A stretch of 64,000 bases of DNA from Ginglymostoma cirratum (taxonomy: Eukaryota): the NCBI GenBank assembly GCA_024137785.1, contig JAHRHZ010000249.1, positions 38,775,282-38,839,281 of the forward strand, read 5' to 3'. Made by a program: the position numbers and the translations under genes. This document shows positions 12,718-25,329 of the stretch, in pieces (positions within the stretch are counted from its first letter, which is position 1; the number at the start of each line of letters is the position of its first letter). The notes under the pieces were generated by a model. That model was given only the letters and a program-made list of their open reading frames with translations. It had not been told where the DNA came from and did no database searches.

Positions 12718-13445
12718 GAGATAAAAGGTACTGCAGATGCTGGAGAATCCGAGATAACAAGCATGGGGCTGGATGAACACAGCAGGTCAAGCAGCATCAT
12801 AGGAGCAGGAAAACTTGACGTTTCGGGCCTAAACCCTTCATCAGAAAATCATTTTCTGATAAAGGGTTTAGGCCCGAAACGTCAAGTTTTCCTGCTCCTN
12901 NNNNNNNNNNNNNNNNNNNNNNNNNNNNNNNNNNNNNNNNNNNNNNNNNNNNNNNNNNNNNNNNNNNNNNNNNNNNNNNNNNNNNNNNNNNNNNNNNNNN
13001 NNNNNNNNNNNNNNNNNNNNNNNNNNNNNNNNNNNNNNNNNNNNNNNNNNNNNNNNNNNNNNNNNNNNNNNNNNNNNNNNNNNNNNNNNNNNNNNNNNNN
13101 NNNNNNNNNNNNNNNNNNNNNNNNNNNNNNNNNNNNNNNNNNNNNNNNNNNNNNNNNNNNNNNNNNNNNNNNNNNNNNNNNNNNNNNNNNNNNNNNNNNN
13201 NNNNNNNNNNNNNNNNNNNNNNNNNNNNNNNNNNNNNNNNNNNNNNNNNNNNNNNNNNNNNNNNNNNNNNNNNNNNNNNNNNNNNNNNNNNNNNNNNNNA
13301 GGAGCAGGAAAACTTGACGTTTCGGGCCTAAACCCTTTATCAGAAAATGATTTTCTGATGAAGGGTTTAGGCCCGAAACGTCAAGTTTTCCTGTTCCTAT
13401 GATGCTGCTTGACCTGCTGTGTTCATCCAGCCCAATGCTTGTTAT
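12718..13445. mobile_element. PLE pLTR foldback insertion (family A), young, spanning a 400-N gap
   Basis: Perfect 15-bp TSD ccctgtctcagttga at 12703-12717 and 13446-13460; intact hammerhead cores at 12815-12844 (-) and 13355-13384 (+). Confidence 0.9.
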
Positions 13446-13543
13446 CCCTGTCTCAGTTGATGTCACTACATGAGCACTTCCAGCAAAAATAATGAGATAA
13501 CAATCAGGATTGGGGAAACAGGGCTCATTTTTCACCTTCTTAG

Positions 13544-13594
13544 CTCATATTTGAAGCTGACTGTAGCATCTTTCACAGTCCAGACTGTCACCAA
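13544..13594 (+). CDS. Candidate small exon (51 nt): LIFEADCSIFHSPDCHQ
   Basis: tttttcaccttcttag acceptor, gtatgt donor, open frame. Confidence 0.3.
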
Positions 13595-14446
13595 GTATGT
13601 GCAGATTGTTGACCATTCTTTATGTTGTGTTTAGAACAATTTATTTTAGACTATGATCTGGAGACAAAGATAAATAATGTATTCAGCATGAAACTGCAGC
13701 ATGCTTTTTAAAAATATTCAAAAGTTGTCAAAAATGTCTTCACTTTTTGCCCCTCCTGAATGAAGCTGCTGAGTCTTGGTTTTAAATTTTACTATTTTGT
13801 GATACCTCACCTAAATGCCCTTCTTCATGTGTTGGACTATAACCTGATGTTGTATGATTTCCGACTGTGTCTATGGTGGTTATATAAACGGTCTCTTCGG
13901 CATTTCTGTACAGCCATTTAGACTCTAAGATATTAAACTGAGAATTCAGGCTTTTTACCAATTTTATAGACTCGTATATTTTGGTCCATTTGCTTTATGG
14001 AAAATCATAATTCTAGGAATTGGGTCTGAACTTGCACAAAATGCCAATGAGCAATATGAGTTCTGAAACTTTCTTTACCTATATCCAAAGAAAAAAGATG
14101 TATTGTCTTAAATATTGTAAATGTATGAACAGGTTATTTGAGTGGGAAGCATTACAGTGTGTCCTTTGTGCTCTGTCCTCACACAATCATTTTTCAACAC
14201 AGTACACTGGATTGCAATAGAAAGCGAGGACTGTACCTAATTTTGCTGTCCTAAGTCCTGGGAAGGTTTCCTGAGTGAGTGAGTAGGCAGCAAAGTGGGC
14301 ACCCAACTTCCTTGATGTTACAGGTTGTGGTGGATGATGGCGCATGGGGAAGACATTGCAGGAAATAGGGACAGTGGTAGAGTTTGACCCTTGATGGGTG
14401 GTCGGTGCAGTAGCAGAAATAAAGTGAATGTGAGGTATCAGACAGA

Positions 14447-14552
14447 AATGGTGGCAAGCGCAGAAGATGCTGGAGAAACCCAGCAGGTCCGACAACATCT
14501 GTGGGTATAGAGCCAGAGTTAATATTTTGAGTCCGATATGTCTCTTCTTCAC
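14447..14552 (-). mobile_element. PLE pLTR single arm, family C, decayed
   Basis: gatgctggagaaacccagcaggtccgacaacatctgtgg...cttcttca is similar to the arms at 41722 and 49673. Confidence 0.6.
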
Positions 14553-15969
14553 AAGTGTTATGGGAAATGGTGCCACTTCCTCCATAAGAGTGGAGAATGA
14601 CATTGACCTTCTTCCTTCAGTTTTTTTTAAATTTGCTTGTGCAATGTGGGTGTTGCTGGTTGAGCCAGCATTTAGTTCATTTCCCTAGTTGCTCTTGAGA
14701 AGTTGGTGGGGGCCCCAGATTAGGCATTCCTCGAGATAGCTGTGTGTGCTTTAATTTGGGTGGAAAATCTTAGACTAAGTTGGCATAGTCTGGTATTGTG
14801 GCTTCTACTGCTGGTCTTGGGGGAAAAGGAAGTCCTCCCTGTGTACCAACCCATGTGACAGGAAATCCAGGACATTGCCCGCAAACTGGGGCACTGATTT
14901 CCCATGATTGCTATGCCCAGAGCGAATATCAGGAAAAGTGCAAGGCAGTTCCGGACTGGCAGTCTTTGTCTGCATGCACAATGGGCTTTTAAATATGGTA
15001 GTGGTACCAGGGATGCCAGTCAATTCAGGGATGTCCAGTGAGTAGTAGGTTGCTCCAGGAATAGTATGTGATAAAATGGGGGGTGGAAATCAGCTGTGAT
15101 ACTTGACAGAGGCTAAAACAGCATTAATCCAGCAAGACTGATAAGACATGGCAAGAAGATTTGCTCAGCCACATGGTGATAGTCACTTCACTAAAACCAA
15201 TGTGGCTTGCCCTTAACCAAAAATATCAGCAATTTTTTTTAAACTTCCTCATCACCTAGGCTATTTCAAACTAGGATGAAAATAAAAAACAAAATATGTT
15301 TAAAATAATTAATATTAGTATAAAGTAGCTTGCTATCCAATCTGATAAATTTTTTTTAGGCAGTTCAATAGTTTTGCTTAATACCATACATGTCCATCAG
15401 GGCAGACTATGGTATAAGATAGAATGAAAAGACATAGTCTACCATTCTGATGAATGATGACCCTTCAGATAATGCCTCATTCCAATTATTGTCCCTTCCC
15501 TGGCTCTAATCTAATGATTCTAATCTATCTTTCATTTTTTTTTCCTATTACTGCTATTCATTCATGCCTTACGCTTTCAATTTCTCATCTATCCAATATT
15601 ATTATCTAGCAGTGATCTAGTATTCTTGAACTTATTTACAATGAGCTCTTCATATAGACTTTGAATTAACTGCTTGTTTGAATCCACTATTTTTAACCAT
15701 AAACTCATTGTCAAGAAATTCTAACACAATGATCAAATAAGACCAAGAGAAGTTTGGTACGAATTATTTTTGTCTAGGGAAGTATCTATGTGGTTTCAGC
15801 GAAAGCCGTATTTACCCATCATACATACGGATTAACAATTCCCCAAGAGGAAGTATTGCATACAATATAAACTACGTTGCAAAATTCTAATCAGATTCAA
15901 TAAGGATTCATAATTTTCTTCCAGCTTTATCAACTTAACTTAATTAATTCTTAAGTTTATTCTGTATTT

Positions 15970-16232
15970 AAAGGAGAGGTGATGGTCTAAGTGGTATTAT
16001 TGCTAGACTATTCCTGCAGACACCCAAGTAATGTTCTAGGACCTGAATTTGAAACCTGTCATGACAGATGTAATTTGAATTCAATCAAAAAATCTGGAAT
16101 TAAAAGTCTAACAATGACCATAAATCCATTGTTTTTTATTGGAAAAACCCATCTGATGCACTAATGTGTTTTGGCGAAGGAAGCTACCATCCTTACCTGG
16201 TCTGGCCTATATGTGACTGTAGACCCGCAGCC
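15970..16232 (+). mobile_element. SacSINE1-like Deu-SINE, 3'-truncated
   Basis: Paralogous to 11952-12294. Confidence 0.8.
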
Positions 16233-16720
16233 GTCCTGAAAAAGACCTTTTTATCCCTACTCTTTGCCATACGCTAGTCAACCAATCCTCTAACCATGCC
16301 AATACCTTGCCCCTAACACCATTGTTTCATCTTATTTAGCTGTCTCCAAGAGCATGGCATCTTGTTAAAGGCCTTCTGGAAATACAGGTACACCATACCC
16401 ATTAGGTCTCCTTTGTCAAAATTGCTCATTACCTCGTCAAAGAATTCTACCTGATTTGTCAGGCATGATCTCCCATTGTTGAAGCCGTGCTGTCTCACTC
16501 CTATTTTACCATGTACTTCCAAGTACTCCGCAATCTTACCTTTAATAATGGGTTCTAAAATCTTATCAATGACTGAGATCAGGTTAACCAGCCCATAATT
16601 TCCCATCTTCTGCCTCCCTCACTTTGCTCTTAAACAGAGGTGTTACATTAACCATTTTCCAGTCCTCTGGGACCCTCCCTGACTCTAGTGATTCCTGAAA
16701 GATCACCACCAATGCCTCCA
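16233..16720 (-). mobile_element. CR1 LINE RT fragment
   Basis: QHGFNNGRSCLTNQVEFF...YLYFQKAF and VPEDWKMVNVTPLFK motifs. Confidence 0.9.
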
Positions 16721-17180
16721 ATACCAAATGTTGATTTGTTGTTTTCAGATTTCCAGAAGGCATTTGACAGTGTGCTACTTCAAAGGTTACCAATGAAGAG
16801 AACTCATGGTAATGTGAGTAACAGAATCAGTTTGGCTAGCTAACAGGAAACTGGGAGTGATTTTCAGGTTGGCAAGATGTAATTCGTAGAGTGCTATACG
16901 AATCAGCACTGGCAGCCTTAACTATTTACAATGTATATCATTAGCTTAGATGCAGGAGTTGAATGTAAGATAGTGATGTTTGTTGATGCCTTAAAGATGG
17001 GCAGGAAAGTAAATTGTGAAGTGACATAAGTAGTCTGAAAAGGGATACGTTAGCATGTGAAAATTTGGCAGACTAAGTATATTGTGGGAAAATGTGAACT
17101 TGTCCACTTTGGCATGAAGAATAGAAAAGTAACTTATTATTTAAATAGAGATTACAGAATTCTCACATCCAAAGGGTATT
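16721..17180 (+). mobile_element. CR1 LINE RT fragment, old
   Basis: DFQKAFD and WQTKYIVGKCELVHFG motifs. Confidence 0.8.
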
Positions 17181-18997
17181 GGGAATTAACACTCTTTCTT
17201 CAGTATCATTGGCTCAAAATCTTGGAATTCCCTCCCTTATAGCATTGGGGGCCTACCTTCAGCACATGGACTGCAGTGGTTCAAGAAGGTAGCGCACCAG
17301 CATCTCAAGGGCACCTAGGACTGGAAATAAATGTTGCCTCAGATAATGATGCCCAGGTCCCACAACCCACAGTGAAGAAAAGAAATGCATGACCATCCAA
17401 TGCCCAATATGATATGATGATTATCGTTGGAAACCATTGTTGAACTAGCTCAAGGTAACAGTGGTGGTGGAATCTATTCAGTCCAGGAAAAACAATTCTG
17501 AAATCAAATGATCTTTCTGGTTTAAATACATTGGCATTTTAAGAGGACACTCCAAGGGTCCAGACATGACGACAGACTTCGAAGGCTCAGGTCACTTGAT
17601 GAAATCGTTTAAGAAAGGTAGATTGGGAGAAACTATTTTAAGCAGATGGAAAGTGTAGTATAGAAAGCCAACTGAAAAAAAGTCTGTATACTTCAGGAAC
17701 AAAATAACAAATTTCTTGAGAATAGTTGATAATCTTTTTGAATAGCACTAGTGGTAATCATTCCTCCTGCTAATCATGTATTCAATTGTACGGTTAATTG
17801 AAGGTATTGTCTGGAGTATTGAACTGCAAAATGGCAGCATTTTTAATGCACTGTTTGATGTTATGAGTTTCTAATCCTCATACTTCTGACAGACACTCAC
17901 TGTGTATGCCCTAATGTCCTTGCTAATTTGGTATCTGGTATGATTGTACCAAAAGTGTATGCAAAGCTGTATGTTCAACTGTGGACATCTAAGAGCACTG
18001 TGTTACCTTAAAACCAGAAGGATCTGTTATCACAGAGAGAATTGTCCCCATGCCTTAACCAAGACCACTAAAAAAAAATCAGTTGGCTATTTATTACAGT
18101 GTTATTCATGCGGCTTTGATGTTTTCAAATTGTCTGTAAATTTAGTCATAAACAGCAGTGACTACACTTCAAAAAATAATTCATTCATTGTGAGCAGTGA
18201 TCATTAAAAGCACTTTGCACTATACTCAATACCATTGGAATGCTGAGAGGAAACAAAGCCAGAATTCTTTCGGGATTAGTATTCGTGAAGTGTGTTTCTA
18301 TCAAACTTTCTGATAATATCACTTCCCCAACAAATAATGTAGTTTATTTGCCTTATTGGTTCAATGCTTTGTATAATGAAAATAAAAAAATGTTTAATTA
18401 ACAACAAAGAAGTTCTGTATATGAAAATATATTAACCTCTCTAGGACTGTGCCTTTTTTCATTCTGGCAATAAACAACACCAAATCATTCAGTAAGATTC
18501 TTGCACATGAAAGTGGCAAACATAAGATTTTAAATTGAATACTTTATGCATAATTTTAAAATAAATAATCATTTAGAAGGTATTATTGGTGTGGGGACAC
18601 CAGTTGATTGTGAATCTTATAATTCTAAGTATAAATTTTACCAGAAGTGCTTCATCATTTGTAAATTTGGGAAGACACTGATACATGCCCTCCCTGGGTG
18701 GAAGCTCATACTCCGGTTGCTGCTGATTACTTTCCATGGTTCGACTTCACTAGCCATGCCTTCAGGTAGCTGCGTCTAAGCTGCTCAGAAATTCTTCAGT
18801 TCTGCTTGATTTGCTGTCTCAGCTGGAAGCTCACAAAAGCAGAGGGAAAAAAGAACAAAACACATTACAATAAAACAAATTGATAAAACATGGAATGTTG
18901 TATTTCTGGGGTTTCTGTTTTGTCTACTTTACAAGCTAAATTACAATGTATTTTCTGGTTGAAGTTCTGGTTTGTGAAAGGTTCTTTTACAGTGATG

Positions 18998-19150
18998 GTG
19001 AGGGGGAGAGGGAGAGAGAGAGAAAGGTGGAGAGGGAGGGAGAGAAATGGGGGAAAGAGAGAAAGAGAAGTGGGGAAAAGAGGAGGAGAGAGAGAGAGGG
19101 AGGGAAGCGGGGGAGAGGGGGAAGAGAACGAGAGAGACGTGGGGGGAAGA
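18998..19150 (+). repeat. Polypurine (GA-rich) low-complexity tract
   Basis: About 150 bp almost exclusively G/A, directly upstream of a CR1 3' fragment. Confidence 0.9.
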
Positions 19151-19400
19151 CTTGTGAACTCAGAGTTGTGAACCTGTGAAATTCTCTCACGCAGGAAGCT
19201 GTTGGGGCCAGTTCATTAGATAAATTCAAGAGGGAGCTGTACATGGCTCTTGCGGCTAAAGGGATCAAGGGGTATGGGGAGAAAGCAGGAATGGGATGCT
19301 GAGATTACATGTTCAGCCATGATCATATTGAATGGTGGTACAGGTTCAGAGGGCTGAATGGCCTACTCCTGACCTTATTATAAATATTCCCTAATTTCTA
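19150..19400 (+). mobile_element. CR1 LINE 3' end
   Basis: actcagagttgtgaacctgtgaaattctct...gggctgaatggcctactcct, typical of the CR1 3' region. Confidence 0.8.
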
Positions 19401-20371
19401 TGATGGCCAGAAGGTGATACTTAATACAAATCATCCCAATTGAGAAAATATCTTTTGGAAACTAATGGCTTACATATGAATATCAGAATTTAGGTCACAC
19501 CTGTCCTAGAGGTATGTTGGAACATTTCCAAATAGGCTGATTTAAAAGAAATACTTTGATGCGGTATCACGGGCAAGCAATTTAACAAGGTGGATTCTGA
19601 CTGTAGAGTCAAGGGATTTTGTTGCACAGTGGTTTCTGGGCCAAAAGATCCAGGTTCAAATTCCAGCTTTCATGACATGTCCTGATAGTATTATGGCATA
19701 GGGATAGCAAGCCAAACCAAATCAGCCTCACACAGACTGGATTTGCGACACAGTGAAACTAGAACCTTCAATGGTGCTCAAATTTTCTCAATGTTTACTA
19801 ATTAGACTTTCCAAATAAAGAAACTTGGACACCAAGTTTATAACTCAATTCATAACTTATTATAAATAATGTAACTTTAGCTGAACACGGATAAATAAAA
19901 AGACAATCTAATCATTTTCCATGATTTAAGTCTAATCTTCTTTGATCATAACTGTTTCTGTCTGTCTTTCAGTGAATTTTAAGAGATAAATTTAAAAACA
20001 AAAATAAAAGAATTGTAATTTGTCTGTTTAGCAACTGTTTCAATGGTGAATACCAGGCCTTCATGAAACCCTTGGTGAAGAATTGTATTACAGTTACATA
20101 GGACTTTGTATCTTGCTTGAATTCCGCAGTCACCAGTCAGTGCAAACAGCTTCGACAGACCTCTGGAGACTTATTTCTTACTGGCTGGGATTCTTTTCTC
20201 AGATCTTTCAACAAGTTGATAATTGGAATATAACAAGAGAGGACAAAGATTCCGATATAAATCTGTTTCCTGCCCAAAACCCAGTCACAGCCAGTTCACT
20301 CGTTATTTTTTCCTTTTTTTCAAGATTCTCTATGTTTGGCTAGCCAACACTGGTCATCCCTTAGTTGATTG

Positions 20372-21033
20372 CTGGAATGAGTATTTTCTTGTCACGTGTA
20401 CTGAAGTATAGTGAAAAGCTTCATTTATGAGCAGTACAGGCAGATCATAGTAAGCAAGGATGTAGAGATCAGCAGTTGTAAAAAGACTTAGACATAGGCA
20501 TACAGGTTACATTGCGCAGGGCGTGCGCTAAGCGAGATCATCATTAGCAACATTAGCATTATTTGAGGCTAGAGAATCTATTCATCCATCTAATAATGGC
20601 CGGGAAGAAGCTGTTCTTGAACCTGCTGGTTTGTGTGGTCAGGACTTTTGTATCTTTTGCCTGATGGACGAGGTTGTAGGAGATTATTACCAGGGTGTGA
20701 TGGGTCCTTGATGATGTTGGCAGCCTTTCCGCAGCACTGAGCCATGTAAGTAGAGTACATCGATGGAAGGTTGGCTTCCGTGATGGTCTGGGCTGGCAAC
20801 ACCACGTTCTGTAGTTTCTTACGGTCCTGGGCAGAGCAGTTGCTGTACCAGGCTGTTATGCACCCTGACAGTATGCTTTCTATAGTGGATATATAGAAGT
20901 TGGTGAGGGACCTTATGGACATGCCAAATTCCCTGAGCTGCCTGAGGAAGAAGAGGTGTTGTTGTGCCTTCTTGACCATTGCATCTATATGGGAAGTCCA
21001 GGACAGATTGTCAGTTATGGTCTCTCCTAGGCA
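20372..21033 (-). mobile_element. Rex1/Babar-clade LINE 3' fragment
   Basis: 129-aa ORF KKAQQHLFFLRQLREFGMSIRSLTNFYISTIESILSGCITAWY, typical of the Rex1/Babar RT C-terminus, followed by a 3' UTR. Confidence 0.85.
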
Positions 21034-21052
21034 TGACTATCCAATCCAACAT

Positions 21053-21152
21053 TTTTTTTTCTGATGAAGGGTCTAGGCCCGAAACGTCAAGTTTCCTGCT
21101 CCTATGATGCTGCTTGGCCTGCTGTGTTCATCCAGCTCCACACCTTGTTATC
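21053..21152 (+). mobile_element. Single tail-less PLE pLTR arm (family A) with TSD
   Basis: TSD tccaatccaacat at 21040-21052 and 21153-21165; T-run then ctgatgaaggg...cttgttatc. Confidence 0.85.
21061..21090 (+). ncRNA. Minimal type I hammerhead ribozyme motif (PLE-type)
   Basis: ctgatga-a-gggt(ctag)gccc-gaaa-cgtc-aa; all core nucleotides present, predicted cleavage after GUC. Confidence 0.75.
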
Positions 21153-22049
21153 TCCAATCCAACATCCAACCAGGTACCAGTCCCCGAGCAGAGCTACATT
21201 TTGGTGCCAAAACATCTACATTATCCTTACAGCAGTAATTAACCTGCATTTTGTTTCCAGGCCAGTTCCCAATAGTTGTCTTTCCTTCTCTCCATTTTTT
21301 AAAAAGAAGCCTCTGTTTAAAGCTCCAAGTTCAATTCTCAACTGCAACTTACTGTTTCAAACCAAAACTGAGAAAAATAATGATCGTTTTAAACAAAAGG
21401 TTGATTAAAAAAAACATATTGTTTCTAACTCTAATTGGATCATGTTGCAGTGGATTCCATCACATGACTGTCCACCTACAATCACTCAACCTTCATGTTC
21501 TCCTCATTACCCAGCTAGCACTTCAACCCTAATGGTGACAGGCTAAGAACGCTTGTTGTGTTAGCCTCACTCCTCTATGCTGTAGAAACTAGTCAATCAA
21601 TTGCATTGTCTGAATAGAACATGCATGCATCAGTGTTGCATTATACCCTAAGTATACCGTTTATTGTAATTCTGGCTACAGCAAAATTGAAGAAGAGGAA
21701 GATTAAATTTTTTTTTTGTTTTTACCGGGTTCTTCCAAAGGCATTTTTTATGATCCAGTAGACTTAGGATAACCTGAGCAGACTAGTAAAGCCATGCACA
21801 AATGTGATACTCATAAGCAAACAAGCAATATTCAGCTTATTTCAAAATGAAGAACATGAAATACATGACTGACAAAGCTACAAGTGAGCAACAGAGGTTT
21901 TATCATTCATAATATTAGATGTTGTAGAACTTGTTACTCCAGATTTTATGAATGAATAGAAGGCAAATGACTTTCAATTCAGAAGTGTGAGGTGATGCAC
22001 TTCGGTCAGAAGAACATATAAAATAAAGTCGTTAAACATAAAATAAAGT

Positions 22050-23090
22050 CAGTCTGGCAGCTTTTGTGTAGAGACAAACTGAATTAACATACTGAGTCTG
22101 ATATAGCTCTCATTTAGAAGTGAAACAGGTTGGAAGATGATGTTTTTTATGCTGTTGACAGAAGGGGAGGAGGAACGGACGGAACGGATGGTGAGTTTTG
22201 CCCAGCACAAATAAAATCAAAGGCAGTGCTAATATTGGTAAAGAAGAAATTGAGATATAAAATATGTGTAAACGAGTGTTGTGAAAAGGGGGAAATGGCT
22301 TAAAGCAAATCCAACAAGAGAAAAACAAGGCATGGGCCATGGTTGGAATGGGTTGTAATCAAAATGGAGGACAAAGGTGTAAAATTGTTGAACTTAATAT
22401 CGAGGTAACAAGGTGTAGAGCTGGATGAACACAGCAGGCCAGGCAGCATCAGAGGAGCAGGAAAGCTGACGTTTCAGGTCTGGACGGTATTTGGACTTTT
22501 CGGGTTTCTTCAGAAAATTCTACAATACCTAATATTATGAATGAGAAAACCTCTGTTGCTCGCTTGTAGCTTTATCAGTCGTGTGCATTACATGTTCTTC
22601 ATTTCTGAAGAAGGGTCCAGACCAGAAATGTCAGCTTTCCTGCTTTTCTGATGCTGCTTGGCCTGCTGTGTTGATCCAGCTCTACACCTTGTTAATCTCA
22701 GATTCTCCAGAGTTGGCAGTTCCTCCTCTCTCCGAGCTTATTATGGAGTCGTGAAGTGATGTGTTGTCCCTCTAGCTTTTATTGAACTTCATTGGAACAC
22801 AGCAGTGGGAAGGAAATATTTGCATGGGAGCAAGAGGGTTTATTGAAGTGATGAATAATCAGAAAGTCAAGTTCTTACAAACAGAGCAGAGGTATTCTGC
22901 AAAGTTGTTACCCAGTCTTAGTTTGGTCTCAGCAATGTAAAGGCATTATGAACAGTGAATACTATACAGTACATTGAACGAGGTACAAATAAAATGCTGC
23001 TTCAGATGCATTTGGGACCTTGGACGCTGACAGGCAAGAAGAGGTAAAAGGGCAAGTGTTCCACCTTCTCTGAGTGCATGGCAAACTGCA
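22050..23090 (-). mobile_element. Old Penelope-like element 3' part
   Basis: Decayed pLTR near 22050-22120 and sequence homologous to the GIY-YIG region of 7185-8390 at 22740-23080. Confidence 0.65.
22402..22732. mobile_element. PLE pLTR foldback insertion (family A) containing captured local DNA
   Basis: Two inverted arms; spacer 22518-22604 is an inverted copy of 21845-21929; degenerate TSD gaacttaatat / gagcttattat. Confidence 0.9.
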
Positions 23091-24856
23091 ATGTAGTGTA
23101 AGGAATTAAATGCTAGGAAGGATAGAAGAGGGAATGATCCCCACAGAATTTTGACAGAGAAGTGTTTGATGGTAGTACGCTCCTGAAAATAGTGAAATTT
23201 CGGTGGTTGCTGTCCTATGCACCACAATTGAAGATTGTTGCTTAGAAACCAATTTTGACATCAGCAGATCAAAACAGCAGTATTTCAGTCACTGGGCTGC
23301 TAGCCCAGAGCTCAAGACTACTAATCCAATAACCATAAACTCTGTGCAGATGTATTCTGTACATTTTTCAATTGTATGTGTATAACTTCAGTTAACTAAA
23401 AGTGTCCTATCATCCCAGGTAGTCTAAATAAACTTGCAGAGACCTCTGAATATTTCAGACATGTAAAAAAACCTCCGAAACATTCAGAGTAATTAAATGG
23501 AATGAAGCAAAAGTAATGTAATGAGAGAAATGACAATACCACTGGGTTTTAATGCCCTATTCATATTTTCGGATGATTTTTAATTATGCAGATTAATTAG
23601 AAATCAAATTAGTCTCCTTATCTAGTTATTTACACTTGTCATTCAATTACCTTCCTCCGTATAATATTTTATACAGAAAATCTGCTGATTTCAGGTGCAT
23701 TTGCTAATGTTGCAAGGTTACTTCACTGTTTTGTACCCTGTTTCTGTACCTTTAGTATGAATGTTGTGAGGACAATCCCAACCCTCTTTTAATACAAAGT
23801 ATACATAACATCCAGGGTTATCAATTCATGACACACCCTTTACTATTTTGAATGCCTGTTATTTAATAAAGTTTGTTTGTCCAGGGATTATTTCCATCTC
23901 TAAATACTGAAGTGTATTTAAAGGGTAGAATTTGCATTTGTAACACACATTTCACAATTTTGGAACCTGCCGAAAAACTACACTTCAATCGCAGCCACTA
24001 TTGTAAAGTGGAAAAAATATAGAAGCACAGGGGCCGACGAAAGCCTTTTACTCCTTTGAGCCTGATCCACGACTGGAAGTCATGGCTGACCTGCACTTAA
24101 CTTTGTACAGATGTGCTTTTGTCTCATCTTAATGCCTTTCGACAACAAAAGTCTACCTGTTTCAAATTTACTATCAACATTGGATCTAGCATTAATTGAC
24201 ATTTGCAAACCTACAGTTCCAAATTTTTCCTACTTTTTCAGGCAAATGTGTTTCCTAAATTCTTTCCAAAATGTTTGAAACTAATTTTTAGACTGCGTCC
24301 TCTTGTTATCCATTGCCTGACCAATGTAAATAATTTCATTTTATCTACAATAGCTGTTTCCCTTAAAATTCTAACTTCGATCAAATAATCTCTTAATTTT
24401 TTAAATTCCAGGGAGCACCACCCTAATTTGTGCAACCTTTTCTAGTAACTTACTTCAGCTGGTGGCTACATTTTTGCAAAGAGTCTCCAAAACAATCATG
24501 AGATGAATGTTACAATATGAGAACTTATCAGTCATGTTGATTGAAGAATAAATATTAGTCAGGACAATTTCCTCGTTCTTCAAGTAATGCCATGTGATCT
24601 CACAGATTCATCTAAAAGGGAAAAGTTTTGCTTTGATCTCTGAAAGACCATACCTTGTAATACTGCAGCGTGGACATGTCAGTCTGGATTATTTGTTCAA
24701 ATCTGTGGACTGTGACTGATTTGGAAGTGACACTGAGTCAGATAACTGCAATGTATATCTGTCTAAATAATTAATTTGTAACATTTGTGCATTACAAATT
24801 GTAGACAGATGTGACCTCCTTACAATTTAAGTTTCTCAGTTCTTTCACTTTTACAG

Positions 24857-25150
24857 AGTGCTTCTGCAATGAGAGTCATGCTGTTACGTGGAAAAGCATA
24901 GAGAAGACCAATGGTGTTGTGAAGTTCTGGTTCCTTTGGTGGACCATTTGGGGGACCCTCCAGTCTTCACTAGAGAGTGTCCCTTGAGACACAGTGTTCT
25001 GCATAGCCTGGAATTATGAGCGTGCAGCACTTGCTGCCAGGTTTTGGCGATCTCATGAGGAGTAGGGGAAAGAGGAGGAGTTGGAAGAATTCAGCAATCA
25101 TTGCTCTGGACCGACTGTCCATGAATGTTTCATTGAGACTCTGTTTCACT
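24857..25150 (+). mobile_element. PIF/Harbinger (HARBI1-like) transposase remnant
   Basis: Translation CNESHAVTWKSIEKTNGVVKFWF...GTLQSSLESV resembles the DDE C-terminal YNxxHxxTRxxIExxxGxLKxRF motif, followed by an acidic tract. Confidence 0.6.
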
Positions 25151-25329
25151 TGAAGAAACCCAGATCAACAATGCTTTACAATTCCTCACTTTACCATCTC
25201 TTTGTTATGGACTATCACAGTGTCCGATCACCCAAAAATCTGCAACAAAATAGCTCATGGTACAATAATTCCATACTAACTTTATTTTTATACAATTACA
25301 TGTTATGTTTGTAACTGGCTAAAGCCAGC

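Noticed and set aside
12763-13535. Long 184-aa and 217-aa ORFs
   Set aside because: Artefacts of translating through N-gaps; the same applies to the ORFs at 27115-27543.
18890-19268. Arg/Glu-rich and Leu/Ser-rich ORFs
   Set aside because: Translations of the GA-rich low-complexity tract.
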